Assembly (NCBI GenBank): GCA_963696295.1
Contig: CAVOJR010000001.1
Coordinates: 2,208,001-2,272,000 of the forward strand
Reading direction: 5' to 3'
From: an uncultured Chlamydiae bacterium
Lineage (GTDB): Bacteria > Chlamydiota > Chlamydiia > Chlamydiales > JAJFMB01
DNA length: 64,000 nt
Both the position numbers and the translations under genes were made by a program. The stretch's first letter is position 1, and each line of letters starts with the position of its first letter. The notes below the pieces were generated by a model. It was given only the letters and a program-made list of their open reading frames with translations. It searched no databases and had not been told where the DNA came from. Of this stretch, positions 10,451 through 19,927 are shown one piece after another.

Positions 10451-11923
10451 TCAAGAAGTAATTTCGGGATATAAAGGAAATTGTTCCAGCAGGCTCTTTA
10501 CCCTGGACCGGCAGCGGTTCAAGACCGCTTCCTCAGTTGCGGCGCGCGCTTTGCTGGGCTTGCCTGTTTTTTCTACAAGCTCCGGCTTAGAGTGTTTCAG
10601 TACGTCGGCGATGATGGAGGCTATCTCTTTCATCTGCTCGGCGCCCATGCCAAGGGTGGTCATGGCGGGGGTTCCGATGCGGATGCCGGAAGTGTACCAG
10701 GGGCCGTTTTGATCAAAGGGTATCGCATTGCGGTTCGCCGTGACATGCGCTTCGCGAAGAAGCAGCTCCGCCTGCCGGCCTGTGAGGGGCAGATCGCTGA
10801 TATCGATCATGACGAGGTGATTGTCGGTTCCTCCAGTGAGCACCTTGAGGCCGTTGGCTTTGAGGGCATCGGCTAATGCCGACGCGTTTTCGACTACTTT
10901 CCGGGCATAGGAGGCAAAGGCGGGGGTATTGGCTTCTTTGAAGGCAACCGCTTTCGCCGCAATGACATGGGGAAGAGGTCCTCCGAGCACCATCGGGCAT
11001 CCTTTATTAATGGCTTCGGCAAATTCCTGGCAGCACATGATAAAGCCCCCGCGCGGCCCGCGCAGCGTCTTATGAGTCGTTGAAGTGATCACGTGGGCGT
11101 AAGGGACCGGGTTTTCTTCCCCCGTAAAAACCTTGCCAGCGATCAGGCCGGCGAAGTGGGCGATATCCGCCCAAAGGACCGCTCCGACGCTGTCGGCGAT
11201 TTCCCGCATCTTGGCAAAGTTGATGCGCCGCGGATAGGCCGAATATCCGGCGAGCAGAATCAGCGGCTTCTCTTTTTTCGCCATTTCCGCAATCGCTTTA
11301 TAGTCTAAAAGGCCCGTTTTCGGATCGACATCATAGCCGACCGAACGCATCATCTTTGAGGAAACATTGTGGCGATAGCCGTGGGTGAGGTGGCCGCCCG
11401 AATTTAAGGACATTCCCATCAGCTTCTGATTGACCAGCAGCTGCCTGACTTTTTCGTATTCCTCAGGGGTAAGCTCGTCTAAAGGCTTGCTAAGTCTTTC
11501 AATTTCAGGGGTTTGGATGCGTTGAATCAGAATGGCCCAGGTGGCGACGATATTGGCGTCAGCGCCTGAGTGGGGCTGGACATAGGCGTGCTCGCAGCCA
11601 AAGAGTTTTTTTACCTCAGAGACGGCCAGGTCTTCGAGGGCGTCGACATTCTCGCAGCCCGCATAGAAGCGGTGGAACGGAAAGCCTTCGGCGTATTTGT
11701 CGGTCAAAAGGTTGCCCATAGCGAGCTGAACGGCCAGGGAGGAGTAGTTTTCCGAGGCGATCAGCTTCAGGTGGGAGCGCTGATCTTTCAATTCCTGGAT
11801 GATGCTTTGGGAGACTAAAGGAGCGGATTCCCCGACATGGTCGAGGGCGGCGAGGTAGGCGATCACCCCTTTGTTCCTCTTGGCGGCGGGGGTATTTTCG
11901 AGGTATTTGTCAAGCAAATCCAT
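10451..11923 (-). CDS. glyA: Serine hydroxymethyltransferase (long chlamydial type)
   Basis: LIASEN, KYAEG, QPHSGA, GGHLTHG, TTHKTLRGPRGG. Confidence 0.97.
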   Translation of the reverse strand: MDLLDKYLENTPAAKRNKGVIAYLAALDHVGESAPLVSQSIIQELKDQRSHLKLIASENYSSLAVQLAMGNLLTDKYAEGFPFHRFYAGCENVDALEDLAVSEVKKLFGCEHAYVQPHSGADANIVATWAILIQRIQTPEIERLSKPLDELTPEEYEKVRQLLVNQKLMGMSLNSGGHLTHGYRHNVSSKMMRSVGYDVDPKTGLLDYKAIAEMAKKEKPLILLAGYSAYPRRINFAKMREIADSVGAVLWADIAHFAGLIAGKVFTGEENPVPYAHVITSTTHKTLRGPRGGFIMCCQEFAEAINKGCPMVLGGPLPHVIAAKAVAFKEANTPAFASYARKVVENASALADALKANGLKVLTGGTDNHLVMIDISDLPLTGRQAELLLREAHVTANRNAIPFDQNGPWYTSGIRIGTPAMTTLGMGAEQMKEIASIIADVLKHSKPELVEKTGKPSKARAATEEAVLNRCRSRVKSLLEQFPLYPEITS

Positions 11924-11976
11924 ATCTGTCCTTTTAGATATAGAAGATGACGGATAGGGAAATTTTTGACAAGGAT

Positions 11977-12708
11977 TTATCCAAGCATTTCTTGTATTTG
12001 AGCTTGTAACTTAAGTGCCGCTTCTTTCATAGCAGCAAAATTCGGATTATTAACATTTTTAAAGAGCTTGTTGGCTTTTTGGATGAGCTTGTCGGCTGTT
12101 TCGTACTCTCCGATGTTAAAGTAGAATTGAGCTGCGTGACAGTGAGTTACGGGTTCATTGGGAGCTAATTTCAGTGCTGCTTCGTAGTACTTTTTCGCCT
12201 CTTCGGGATTTTCGGGATTTTTTGCGGCTATGACTATGGCAGCGCCAAGAAAATATTTGGCATTGCCTGGATCAAGAGTAATCAGGACGGCATACATGCT
12301 CAGTGCAGCATCAAAATTTCCCTCTTGCCGCGCCTGGTCGGGACAATCGCAAAGGGTTTTCATCTGCTCGTCGTTTAACTGTAAAAAATCCTTTACTAAG
12401 AGAGGCGGTGGATCAGATGCTTTATTGTTCAGGTTTGTCTTAATTTGCTTGACGATAGCTTTGACTTCATCATTTCCTTTATTTTCGAAGGCGGCAAGAC
12501 CTTGATCGGTCAATACTTTAAACTTGTCAAAATTCTTCAACACTTCGTGTACTTTTCTATGGACGTAACTTTCTTTTGTTTCTAGTTTTGAACTCAAATT
12601 ATCCCATTCATCGCCAAATCTTTTTTCCAGTCCTTCAACTAACCTAAGAAAATTTTCCTCTGGAGCCGTCATTTTATCCGGCTCGACGCCTATTCCCTCT
12701 GCCCCCAT
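11977..12708 (-). CDS. TPR protein (SycD/LcrH-like repeats); may be the 3' part of a frameshifted longer gene starting at 13164
   Basis: TPR-like segments GNFDAALSMY..LITLDP.NAKY, EEAKKYYEAALKLAP, GEYETADKLIQKA. Confidence 0.7.
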   Translation of the reverse strand: MGAEGIGVEPDKMTAPEENFLRLVEGLEKRFGDEWDNLSSKLETKESYVHRKVHEVLKNFDKFKVLTDQGLAAFENKGNDEVKAIVKQIKTNLNNKASDPPPLLVKDFLQLNDEQMKTLCDCPDQARQEGNFDAALSMYAVLITLDPGNAKYFLGAAIVIAAKNPENPEEAKKYYEAALKLAPNEPVTHCHAAQFYFNIGEYETADKLIQKANKLFKNVNNPNFAAMKEAALKLQAQIQEMLG

Positions 12709-12827
12709 TTTCTTTTCGCCTCCCTTCTTTTTCTTTATTTCACCGTATTATCCGGCTCGAATTTTGTTGCCTTTGCCTCCTCCATTTTCTTTTTCTCTTC
12801 CGCCTCCTTTTTCTTTTTGTCATCGTA
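12674..12827. repeat. Imperfect two-unit tandem duplication (74 and 80 bp)
   Basis: Both units contain TTATCCGGCTCGA (12674, 12748). Minus-strand peptides YDDKKKKEAEEKKKMEEAKATKFEPD and YGEIKKKKGGEKKMGAEGIGVEPD, out of frame with each other. Confidence 0.7.
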
Positions 12828-12870
12828 ATTTTGGGATAAACTGAGGCCGCCGATGTTGTCGCTAGGATTG

Positions 12871-13164
12871 TCATTCGTCTTTAACGGCTTTGCCGGCGCG
12901 CTCGGCTACCTCATGCAGCCCCCAGCCCATAGGGATAAATAGGCCAACAGGAAATGTTAAGGCTGTTAAAGTTCCTAACGCAACCAAAGAACAAGTCAAT
13001 AAAATAACTTCAGATATTTTTTTAAAATCGGGGTCATCTATTTTTTCAGCCTGAGCCCCTTCTATCTTAGAATCAACTGAACCAATGGTGGTATTTTGCG
13101 TGACTTGGACGCTTGGAGCAGGAACAGAAGTATTAGGAACAGAACCATTACTTTCAATTTGCAT
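12871..13164 (-). CDS. Hypothetical membrane protein, Inc-like (Ser/Thr/Pro-rich N-terminus plus long hydrophobic segment)
   Basis: MQIESNGSVPNTS...; VILLTCSLVALGTLTALTFPVGLFIPMGWGL; AAGGA Shine-Dalgarno; AT-rich upstream region. Confidence 0.55.
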   Translation of the reverse strand: MQIESNGSVPNTSVPAPSVQVTQNTTIGSVDSKIEGAQAEKIDDPDFKKISEVILLTCSLVALGTLTALTFPVGLFIPMGWGLHEVAERAGKAVKDE

Positions 13165-13354
13165 AAAGCATTCCTTTTTTCTATTATTATACACTATTTA
13201 CATTAATATTATACAAATGAATCTTCAAATATTATATAAAGTTTTAATAAAGAATGAACCGGACGCTCTAAATGCGCCCGATGCATTTTTTCCTTGAGAA
13301 GAATTGAAAAAAAAGGTAATTTAGTCCTACTTTCATCTATCTTAAGGGAAAATC

Positions 13355-14128
13355 ATGCTAGCTGCACTTAAACCTATTTTAGAGATCCAAGAACTTGATA
13401 TGCAAATGATTCAGCTTATGCGCCTCAAAAAAGAGCGCCAAAAGGAGCTGAATAACATCAATTCCGTCAAAGAGGATCTGCGCCGCCAAGTAGCCATTAA
13501 AGAAAATGTGATTATCGATCTGAAAAAGAATATCCGTATCGGCGAAGGGGAAGTTGAAGAGGTAAAAGAAAAATTGAAAAAGCTGGAAGCCCAGCAATCC
13601 TCCATCAAAAAAGTGGAAGAATTTAACGCCTTAAGCCAGGAAATGTCGCAAACGGAACGGGAACGCTCTGCAAAAGAGCAGTTACTGAGCGAACTATATG
13701 ACAAACTGGCTATTGAAGAAGAGGTGTTGACAAATCTCCAGCAAAGCCTGAGCTCTACTACCGAGAGCAGCAAGGTGCTGGAAGCAGAAATTTTAGAGAG
13801 CGTGCGCCGGATCAATGCCGAGGGCAGAGACCTTAAAGAAAGACGCGACCATCTGGTGCAAGGGACTGACTCCGATATATTCCATATTTACGAACGCCTA
13901 TTGGGCAACAAGCGGGACCGCGTCCTCGTGCCGATTGAGAATCGCTGCTGCAGCGGCTGCCATATCATGATCACGGCGCAAGATGAGAATATGGTTCGCA
14001 AAGGGGAGCGCCTGGTATTTTGCGAGCATTGCTCACGCATTCACTACTGGCCGGAGAGCGAAGCTCTCGAAGAGGCTTCGGTAACGCCTTCCAAGCGCCG
14101 CCGCAGACGTCAAGTTAAGGCTGTATAA
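13355..14128 (+). CDS. cdsZ: Coiled-coil plus C4 zinc-ribbon protein (CT398/CdsZ-like)
   Basis: Long coiled coil followed by CSGCHI...FCEHCSRI; adjacent to rnpB as in chlamydiae. Confidence 0.8.
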   Translation: MLAALKPILEIQELDMQMIQLMRLKKERQKELNNINSVKEDLRRQVAIKENVIIDLKKNIRIGEGEVEEVKEKLKKLEAQQSSIKKVEEFNALSQEMSQTERERSAKEQLLSELYDKLAIEEEVLTNLQQSLSSTTESSKVLEAEILESVRRINAEGRDLKERRDHLVQGTDSDIFHIYERLLGNKRDRVLVPIENRCCSGCHIMITAQDENMVRKGERLVFCEHCSRIHYWPESEALEEASVTPSKRRRRRQVKAV

Positions 14129-14137
14129 TTTTTTGAT

Positions 14138-14501
14138 CTTGGGAAGACAGGCAGTCGCTATCGACTTCGGTCGGTAGAGGAAAGTCTGGGCTTCATAGGA
14201 GAGGATACCAGTGAAAGACTGGGGGCCGTAAGGCTACGGAAAGTGTCACAGAAAATAGGCCGCTATTTCGCAAGGGATAGACAGGATGAAAATGCCCGCT
14301 TTATGAGCGAAGCCTCAATTGGAGAGATCCAATGAGCGGTAAACCCTATCCGAAGCAAGATCCGATATGGGGCTATTTAAAAGTTCTCCGCTTCAGCCCC
14401 AGGAGATCGCTTGAGGAGTCTGGCGACAGGCTCCCTAGATGAATGACTGCTCGGCAACACTTTGTGTTGGATGACAAGACCCGGCTTATCGTCTTCCCAG
14501 G
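14138..14501 (+). ncRNA. rnpB: RNase P RNA
   Basis: GAGGAAAGTCTGGGC, ACAGAAAA, GGTAAACCC, GAAGCAAG, AGATGAATG, ACAAGACCCGGCTTA; P1 helix GGGAAGAC (14141) pairs with GTCTTCCC (14491). Confidence 0.95.
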
Positions 14502-14513
14502 ATTATTTTTTCA

Positions 14514-14823
14514 CTATTTTATCGAATCAAAGAATTCACCGCGCAAAAGCGTGTCGGTAATGACAACTTCCTCATCCGATTATTTTATCGAATCAAAGAA
14601 TTCACCGCGCAAAAGGGTGTCGGTAATGACAACTTCCTCATCCGATTATTTTATCGGATCAAAGAATTCACCGCGCAAAAGCGTGTCGGTAATGACAACT
14701 TCCTCATCCGATTATTTTATCGGATCAAAGAATTCACTGCGCAAAAGGGTGTCGGTAATGACAACTTCCTCATCCGATTATTTTATCGAATCAAAAAACT
14801 CACGGCGCAAAAGCGTATCTGTA
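14514..14823. repeat. Tandem array, 4 x 66 bp plus the folE 3' end from which it derives
   Basis: Units start at 14514, 14580, 14646 and 14712; the fifth, partial unit at 14778 is the folE stop and last 14 codons. Confidence 0.95.
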
Positions 14824-15359
14824 CGGAATTTTCCCCGCAACACATTAGTGGTGGTGTGGCTATGCACATCCTCCACGCCTCTTGACATCACACAAAAATG
14901 TTCCGCCTTCAACGAAACGGCGACATGATCCGTTTCCAGCAGGGAGCTCATTTGATCGGCGATCTGGGAGGAGAGGCGCTCCTGCAGCTGCGGCCTTCTG
15001 GCCAAATAATCCACGAGGCGGGGGATTTTCGATAATCCCAGCAATTTTTTATGCGGCAGGTAGGCGATATAGGCCATGCCGGCGATGGGCAAAAAATGGT
15101 GCTCGCAGGTGCTGTAAAAGTGGGTTTTGACAAAAACCATGTTCTCCTCGCCGGGAGAGGGGTTTTCAAAAAAAGTAATATCGGGGTACGCCTCCTCCTG
15201 CAAGCCTGAGAAGAGCTCGTCCACATACATCTTAGCTACCCGGTTGGGGGTCTCTTTTAAGGAAGGGTCGCTCATATCGAGACCGAGGGCTTCCATAATC
15301 TCTTGAAAGCGGCTTGCGATAAAGGCCTTTTTATCTACTTGTGTTTGTATTAAAAACAT
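14778..15359 (-). CDS. folE: GTP cyclohydrolase I
   Basis: TPNRVAKMY, CEHH, GLSKIPR, RPQLQER, HFCVMSRGV; AGAGGA SD before ATG 15359. Confidence 0.95.
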   Translation of the reverse strand: MFLIQTQVDKKAFIASRFQEIMEALGLDMSDPSLKETPNRVAKMYVDELFSGLQEEAYPDITFFENPSPGEENMVFVKTHFYSTCEHHFLPIAGMAYIAYLPHKKLLGLSKIPRLVDYLARRPQLQERLSSQIADQMSSLLETDHVAVSLKAEHFCVMSRGVEDVHSHTTTNVLRGKFRTDTLLRREFFDSIK

Positions 15360-16048
15360 AATCCTCTTTGTCGTTGAATTTCTGCGGCGGCGATGGCGAA
15401 GGCATTGGCGACATTTAGCGAATTCTTGCGTCCGCGCAAGGGGATTCTGACGCAATAATCGGCCGCTTTTAGTATTTTTTCCGAAAGGCCATACTCTTCA
15501 TTTCCAATCGCTAAGGTAAAGGCATCGGGAAAGTCAAAGTCGTAGAGGCTCATACCCTCTTCAGCCGTCTCCAGGGCGATGATCGGCCTTGGCAGCAGGT
15601 CGATCTGATCGCAAATGAGCGCTTTTACAAAAGCCGCAGCACCCATGGCCGTCTTTTGCACTTGCGTGTGGTCGATAAAGGGGGTGTCGGGGGAAAAGTA
15701 GAGAGTGCCTAACGAGAGCGCCTCGCAGGTGCGCACGATGCTGCCCACATTATGAGCCGAGCGCAAGTGATCGAGATAGATGGCAATCGGCCACGCCTCT
15801 TCCCCCAGCTCTTTATCCCCTTGCTCCACGCGAGGCAGCAGATTGTGCTCTTTTAAGTTTTTTCCGGCGGCGCTTAGATGGAAATGGTAGCGGTTGGAAA
15901 GGCTCTCCCGGTTATTATCCAGAGGTTCCAGCTGCAGCCAATTTTGAAACTGAGCATAGGCGGCCAGGTCGTTTTGCCTCAAGGCTTCGGCGCATTTTTT
16001 ATGCTGCCGGATTTGAGGAAAATTCAGGAACATGCGCTTCGTGACCAT
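15350..16048 (-). CDS. TrmH/SpoU family RNA methyltransferase
   Basis: HNVGSIVRT, GNEEYG, IPLRGRKNSLNVA. Confidence 0.9.
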   Translation of the reverse strand: MVTKRMFLNFPQIRQHKKCAEALRQNDLAAYAQFQNWLQLEPLDNNRESLSNRYHFHLSAAGKNLKEHNLLPRVEQGDKELGEEAWPIAIYLDHLRSAHNVGSIVRTCEALSLGTLYFSPDTPFIDHTQVQKTAMGAAAFVKALICDQIDLLPRPIIALETAEEGMSLYDFDFPDAFTLAIGNEEYGLSEKILKAADYCVRIPLRGRKNSLNVANAFAIAAAEIQRQRGLCF

Positions 16049-17640
16049 CAGACAGGCATGCGTTGCAGTAAATATTCTTCGAGCGGGCCGTCAAAGAAGC
16101 AGATTCCCTTTTCTTCGAAGGCGATAATTTTATTGGCGACTGTGCCGATCAAATCGCGGTCGTGGCTCACGACGATAACGGTTTCTTTATAGTTTTTCAG
16201 GCCCCAGCCAAGCGCGGAAACGGCTTCCAGGTCCAAGTGGTTGTTTGGTTCGTCGAGAATGAGCACGTTCTTTTCAATCAGCATCATTTGGGCGAGCAGC
16301 AGGCGCGCCGTTTCACCGCCGGAGAGAGTGCCGACTGCTTTGAAGGCGTCATCACCCCCAAACAGCATCTTGCCGAGCACGCCGCGGATCTCCTGATCAT
16401 AGGCGCTGGTTTTTTGCTTTTTGAGCCAATCAAAAGCGTTCATTTTTATTGATTTATCGATCACATCGGAGTGGTTTTGGGGAAAGTAGCTCAAAATAAC
16501 CTGGTGGCCCAGTTCGACTGTGCCGCTATCCGGCTCGAGCGCTCCTGCCAGCATTTTAATCAAGGTCGTTTTACCCCGGCCGTTGCTTCCGATGACGCCG
16601 ATTTTATCTCCGCGGTGGAATTCGTAGGAGAAGTTGTCGATCACTTTTTGCCCATCGTACGATTTGCTGATCTCATTGGCCTTTAAGACGATTTTTCCCG
16701 GCTGTTTTTCCCCGGGCGCAAAGACGATGTAGGGGCGCTGGATGTTGGATTGTTTGAGTTCCTGGGGCTGCAGCCTCTCGATCTCCCTCAAGCGGGATTG
16801 CACTTGGGAAGCCCTGGTTCCGGCGCTGAATTTCGCCACGAATTCTTTGAGCTGCGCAATTTTTTTCTCTTTGGATTTCGAGTCTTTTTCGGAGCGATCC
16901 CGCACGGAAGTTTTGGCGACCACCATATCGTCGTAGTTGCCCGGATAGATGATGATCGTTTCGTAGTCGACGTCGGCGATGTGGGTGGTGACCGAGTTGA
17001 GGAAGTGCCTGTCGTGGCTGACGACAATGAGCACGCCGCGGTAGTCTTGAATGAACTGTTCCAGCCAGCGGATCGACTCGAGATCCAGGTGGTTGGTGGG
17101 TTCGTCGAGCAGCAGAGCCTGCGGATTGCCGAAGAGGGCCTGGCAGAGGAGGACGCGAAATTGCAGGTCAATCGGGATAGCATTCATTTTTTGTTCGTAG
17201 AAAGCGGCGTCAATGCCCATACCGCTCAGCAAGATCTCTGCGTTCGTTTCGGCGGCGTAGCCATCTTCTTCGGCGATGATGCCTTCCAGATCGCCGAGGC
17301 GCATGCCTACTTCATCGGTCATTTCGTGTTCATACAGGGAGTCTCTCTCCTGCAGAGCGTTCCAAAGGCGCTTACTACCCATGATGACGACATCGACCAC
17401 CCTGAAATTGAGGAAATCTTCGATATTCTGTCTCAGCATCCCTACGCGGTCAGGCAAGGTTACCGTTCCGGTGGTCGCGGCTTCCAATCCCATGATAATT
17501 TTTAGCAGAGTCGATTTGCCGGAGCCGTTGGGGCCTGTCAGACCATACCGTTCCCCTTCGTTGAAGCTTATCGTTACCCCTTCAAACAGGATGCGGCTGC
17601 CGAAGCTTTTAGAAATATTGTTTAAGGTGATAGAAATCAT
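16048..17640 (-). CDS. ABC-F family ATP-binding protein (YbiT-like)
   Basis: Two ABC domains (GPNGSGKST; GSNGRGKTT; LDEPTNHLD and LDEPNNHLD), no TM segments. Confidence 0.9.
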   Translation of the reverse strand: MISITLNNISKSFGSRILFEGVTISFNEGERYGLTGPNGSGKSTLLKIIMGLEAATTGTVTLPDRVGMLRQNIEDFLNFRVVDVVIMGSKRLWNALQERDSLYEHEMTDEVGMRLGDLEGIIAEEDGYAAETNAEILLSGMGIDAAFYEQKMNAIPIDLQFRVLLCQALFGNPQALLLDEPTNHLDLESIRWLEQFIQDYRGVLIVVSHDRHFLNSVTTHIADVDYETIIIYPGNYDDMVVAKTSVRDRSEKDSKSKEKKIAQLKEFVAKFSAGTRASQVQSRLREIERLQPQELKQSNIQRPYIVFAPGEKQPGKIVLKANEISKSYDGQKVIDNFSYEFHRGDKIGVIGSNGRGKTTLIKMLAGALEPDSGTVELGHQVILSYFPQNHSDVIDKSIKMNAFDWLKKQKTSAYDQEIRGVLGKMLFGGDDAFKAVGTLSGGETARLLLAQMMLIEKNVLILDEPNNHLDLEAVSALGWGLKNYKETVIVVSHDRDLIGTVANKIIAFEEKGICFFDGPLEEYLLQRMPV

Positions 17641-17760
17641 AAAATCTTTTCTCAAAAGGTAATTAGAGAATAAAATCTTACAATATTCCGTTAATCAAAG
17701 TCAATGGAGGAATCTATCCATTGTGAAATTTACGAGCTTAAAAAATCCTTAGGCCCTTGA

Positions 17761-18753
17761 TTAAGGCTCTGCGTGAGGATGGGTTTTGTCGTAAACTTCC
17801 TTTTTTAATTTCGGCGATACCTGGGTGTAAATCGTTGTTGTAGAGAGGGAGCGGTGGCCCAAAATCACCTGGATGGTCTTGAGGTCCATGCCGTTTTCCA
17901 GCCAGTGGGTGGCGATGGTGTGGCGGATCGTGTGGGGAGTCACTTTACCGGCGAGGCCGCTGGCAGTCAAATACTTGTCAAATTTTCTGTCGACCGAGCG
18001 CGAGGTGAGGCGCGTGCCATGCTTGTTGAGGAAAATGGCCTGGGAATCGATTTGCGCAGAATGGCCGTCCGTTTCTATCATCCGCTCGGGGTGGTTGAGG
18101 TAGGATTGGATCCAGTTGGAGGCGTTTTGCGTGATGGGGACAATCCGCTCTTTCATTCCTTTGCCGCGCACTTTAATCAGCATCTCTTTGTTGTCCAGAT
18201 CATCCCGGTTCAAGGCGACCAGTTCGCTCACGCGGAGGCCAGAGCTGTAAAAAAGCTCCATGATGGCGCGGTCGCGAAAGCCCAAAAAGTTGTCGGTATC
18301 GGGCTGATTAAACAACTTTTGAATCTCATCGTAAGTGAGGGAGATGGGAATAGTCTTGTCGATTTTTGGCGTTTCGAGATTCTCGGTCGGATTGATCAGG
18401 ATGATATTTTGCGTGAAGCAGTACTTGAAAAAGGTGCGGAGCGACGACAATCGGCGGACGATCGTCCGTTTGCTGGTCTGATTCTCATTGAGATGGGCCA
18501 AAAAGCCGCGGATGGCGTTCCGGTCGATCTCTTTTAAATTGAGCCTTTCATCTTTGCCGGTCCACCGGTTTTGGTAGGTGTCGTCATAACGGATTTTGTC
18601 AGGTATCTCTTCCGCTCTCAAATTATACTGGTTTTTTTCGAGATATTCTTTCAGGGAGTTGAGATCGATCGTGTAATTGCGGATAGTGTGGTCTGAGGCG
18701 TTTTTGACGGCTCTCAAGTGTTCTAGAAAGCGGTAGGCGGCTTGGATAAACAT
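17761..18753 (-). CDS. xerC: Tyrosine recombinase XerC
   Basis: RDRAIMELFYSSGLRVSE, GKG.KER, TPHTIRH, LGH..LSTT.IY; chlamydial rnz-xerC-ABC-F synteny. Confidence 0.85.
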   Translation of the reverse strand: MFIQAAYRFLEHLRAVKNASDHTIRNYTIDLNSLKEYLEKNQYNLRAEEIPDKIRYDDTYQNRWTGKDERLNLKEIDRNAIRGFLAHLNENQTSKRTIVRRLSSLRTFFKYCFTQNIILINPTENLETPKIDKTIPISLTYDEIQKLFNQPDTDNFLGFRDRAIMELFYSSGLRVSELVALNRDDLDNKEMLIKVRGKGMKERIVPITQNASNWIQSYLNHPERMIETDGHSAQIDSQAIFLNKHGTRLTSRSVDRKFDKYLTASGLAGKVTPHTIRHTIATHWLENGMDLKTIQVILGHRSLSTTTIYTQVSPKLKKEVYDKTHPHAEP

Positions 18754-18809
18754 CCCTTTATCTCCTGATTTATGGGTTCGTGAGCAGAATAGCATATTTC
18801 CTAAGCGGG

Positions 18810-18867
18810 AGAAAAGAAAAACTGCTCTATGATCGCAATTACATTTGCTTTTGCGTCCATAGAGCAG
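18810..18867 (-). terminator. Intrinsic terminator after rnz
   Basis: CTGCTCTATG (18822) and CATAGAGCAG (18858) stem, followed by TTTTTCTTTT on the minus strand. Confidence 0.65.
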
Positions 18868-18922
18868 CGGTAGGTAAGTGCCTATTATGGGGAACGCACA
18901 TTAAGAACAGATTAATTTGGGA

Positions 18923-19834
18923 TTAAGAATTCTTGGGAAATGGAAAAACTTTGAAGTCGTCGGCTATCCCGGTATTGGGAAATACCTCTCTTGCCTCTTT
19001 TTCACTCTCTTTAAGGGAGGCGTAGCGGGCGGAAAAATGGGTGAGAACGAGCTGTTCCGCTCCGGCCTCTTTGGCGATCTCGGCCGCTTCCCTCGCCGTG
19101 AGGTGGTAATGGTTATAGGCGAGCTTTTGGTGCTCTTCCGAATAAGTGGCCTCGCAAAGGAAGAGTCTGGCATTGCGGGCCAGTTTTACGGCGTTTTTAC
19201 AGTAGCGCGTGTCGACGACGTAGGCAAAGGTGTCTCCCTGCCTGATCCAGCTGACGTCTTCCAGGCGGACTTCCAGCCCATTGACGATGAGGAGGCCCTT
19301 TTCCTGCAGTTCTTTGACGAGCGGTCCTTTGATGCCGCAGCCGGCGAGCTTTTTGGGGTCGAACTTGAGGGTGTTCGGCTCGGTAATGCGCCAGCCGATA
19401 TTGGGCACGCTGTGATCCAAAAACCTGGCTTCGATGCAAAACTTTCCATCGTCGTGCACGATCCCCTCTTCGCTGACCGGATGCTCGATGACGGTAATGG
19501 TCTCATGATAAATGGTGCCGTAGCGCAGCCGGTCAAAATATTTCTTACCGCTGGCGGGGTAATAGCAGTGGATCGGGTGGGTGACTTTATCGAGGTTTAA
19601 GCGCATGAGCATCGAGCCTAGCCCTAAACAGTGGTCGCCGTGAAAATGGGAGATGAAGATGCGGTTGACGGCGGTGGGGGCGACATTCGCAAAAATGAAT
19701 TGCCGCTGGGTTCCCTCACCTGGATCAAATAAAAGCCCTTCCTCGTTCCAGCGGACCAGGTAGGCGCCGTGGTTGCGGAATCTCGTCGGTTGCTGGCTGG
19801 AACAGCCCAAAATTATCAGATCTCTCACGCTCAT
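18923..19834 (-). CDS. rnz: Ribonuclease Z
   Basis: [26 protein letters not shown]. Confidence 0.92.
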   Translation of the reverse strand: MSVRDLIILGCSSQQPTRFRNHGAYLVRWNEEGLLFDPGEGTQRQFIFANVAPTAVNRIFISHFHGDHCLGLGSMLMRLNLDKVTHPIHCYYPASGKKYFDRLRYGTIYHETITVIEHPVSEEGIVHDDGKFCIEARFLDHSVPNIGWRITEPNTLKFDPKKLAGCGIKGPLVKELQEKGLLIVNGLEVRLEDVSWIRQGDTFAYVVDTRYCKNAVKLARNARLFLCEATYSEEHQKLAYNHYHLTAREAAEIAKEAGAEQLVLTHFSARYASLKESEKEAREVFPNTGIADDFKVFPFPKNS

Positions 19835-19927
19835 GGGGACTATTCTACTCTATTTGAGGATTATTATCCTGGAAAAAGCGGTTGAACATGAGAAAAGTTC
19901 AAAAACTCCGAAAACTGGGTCTTATTC

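Noticed and set aside
14514..14777. CRISPR array (66-bp period resembles repeat plus spacer)
   Set aside because: The whole 66 bp is repeated almost identically; there is no variable spacer.
14443..14928. Plus-strand 161-aa repeat protein
   Set aside because: It starts inside rnpB, overlaps folE antisense, and stays open only because the unit length is a multiple of 3.
17761..18753. Integrase of a prophage or island
   Set aside because: Sequence and conserved chlamydial neighbourhood fit chromosomal XerC; no att sites or phage genes seen.
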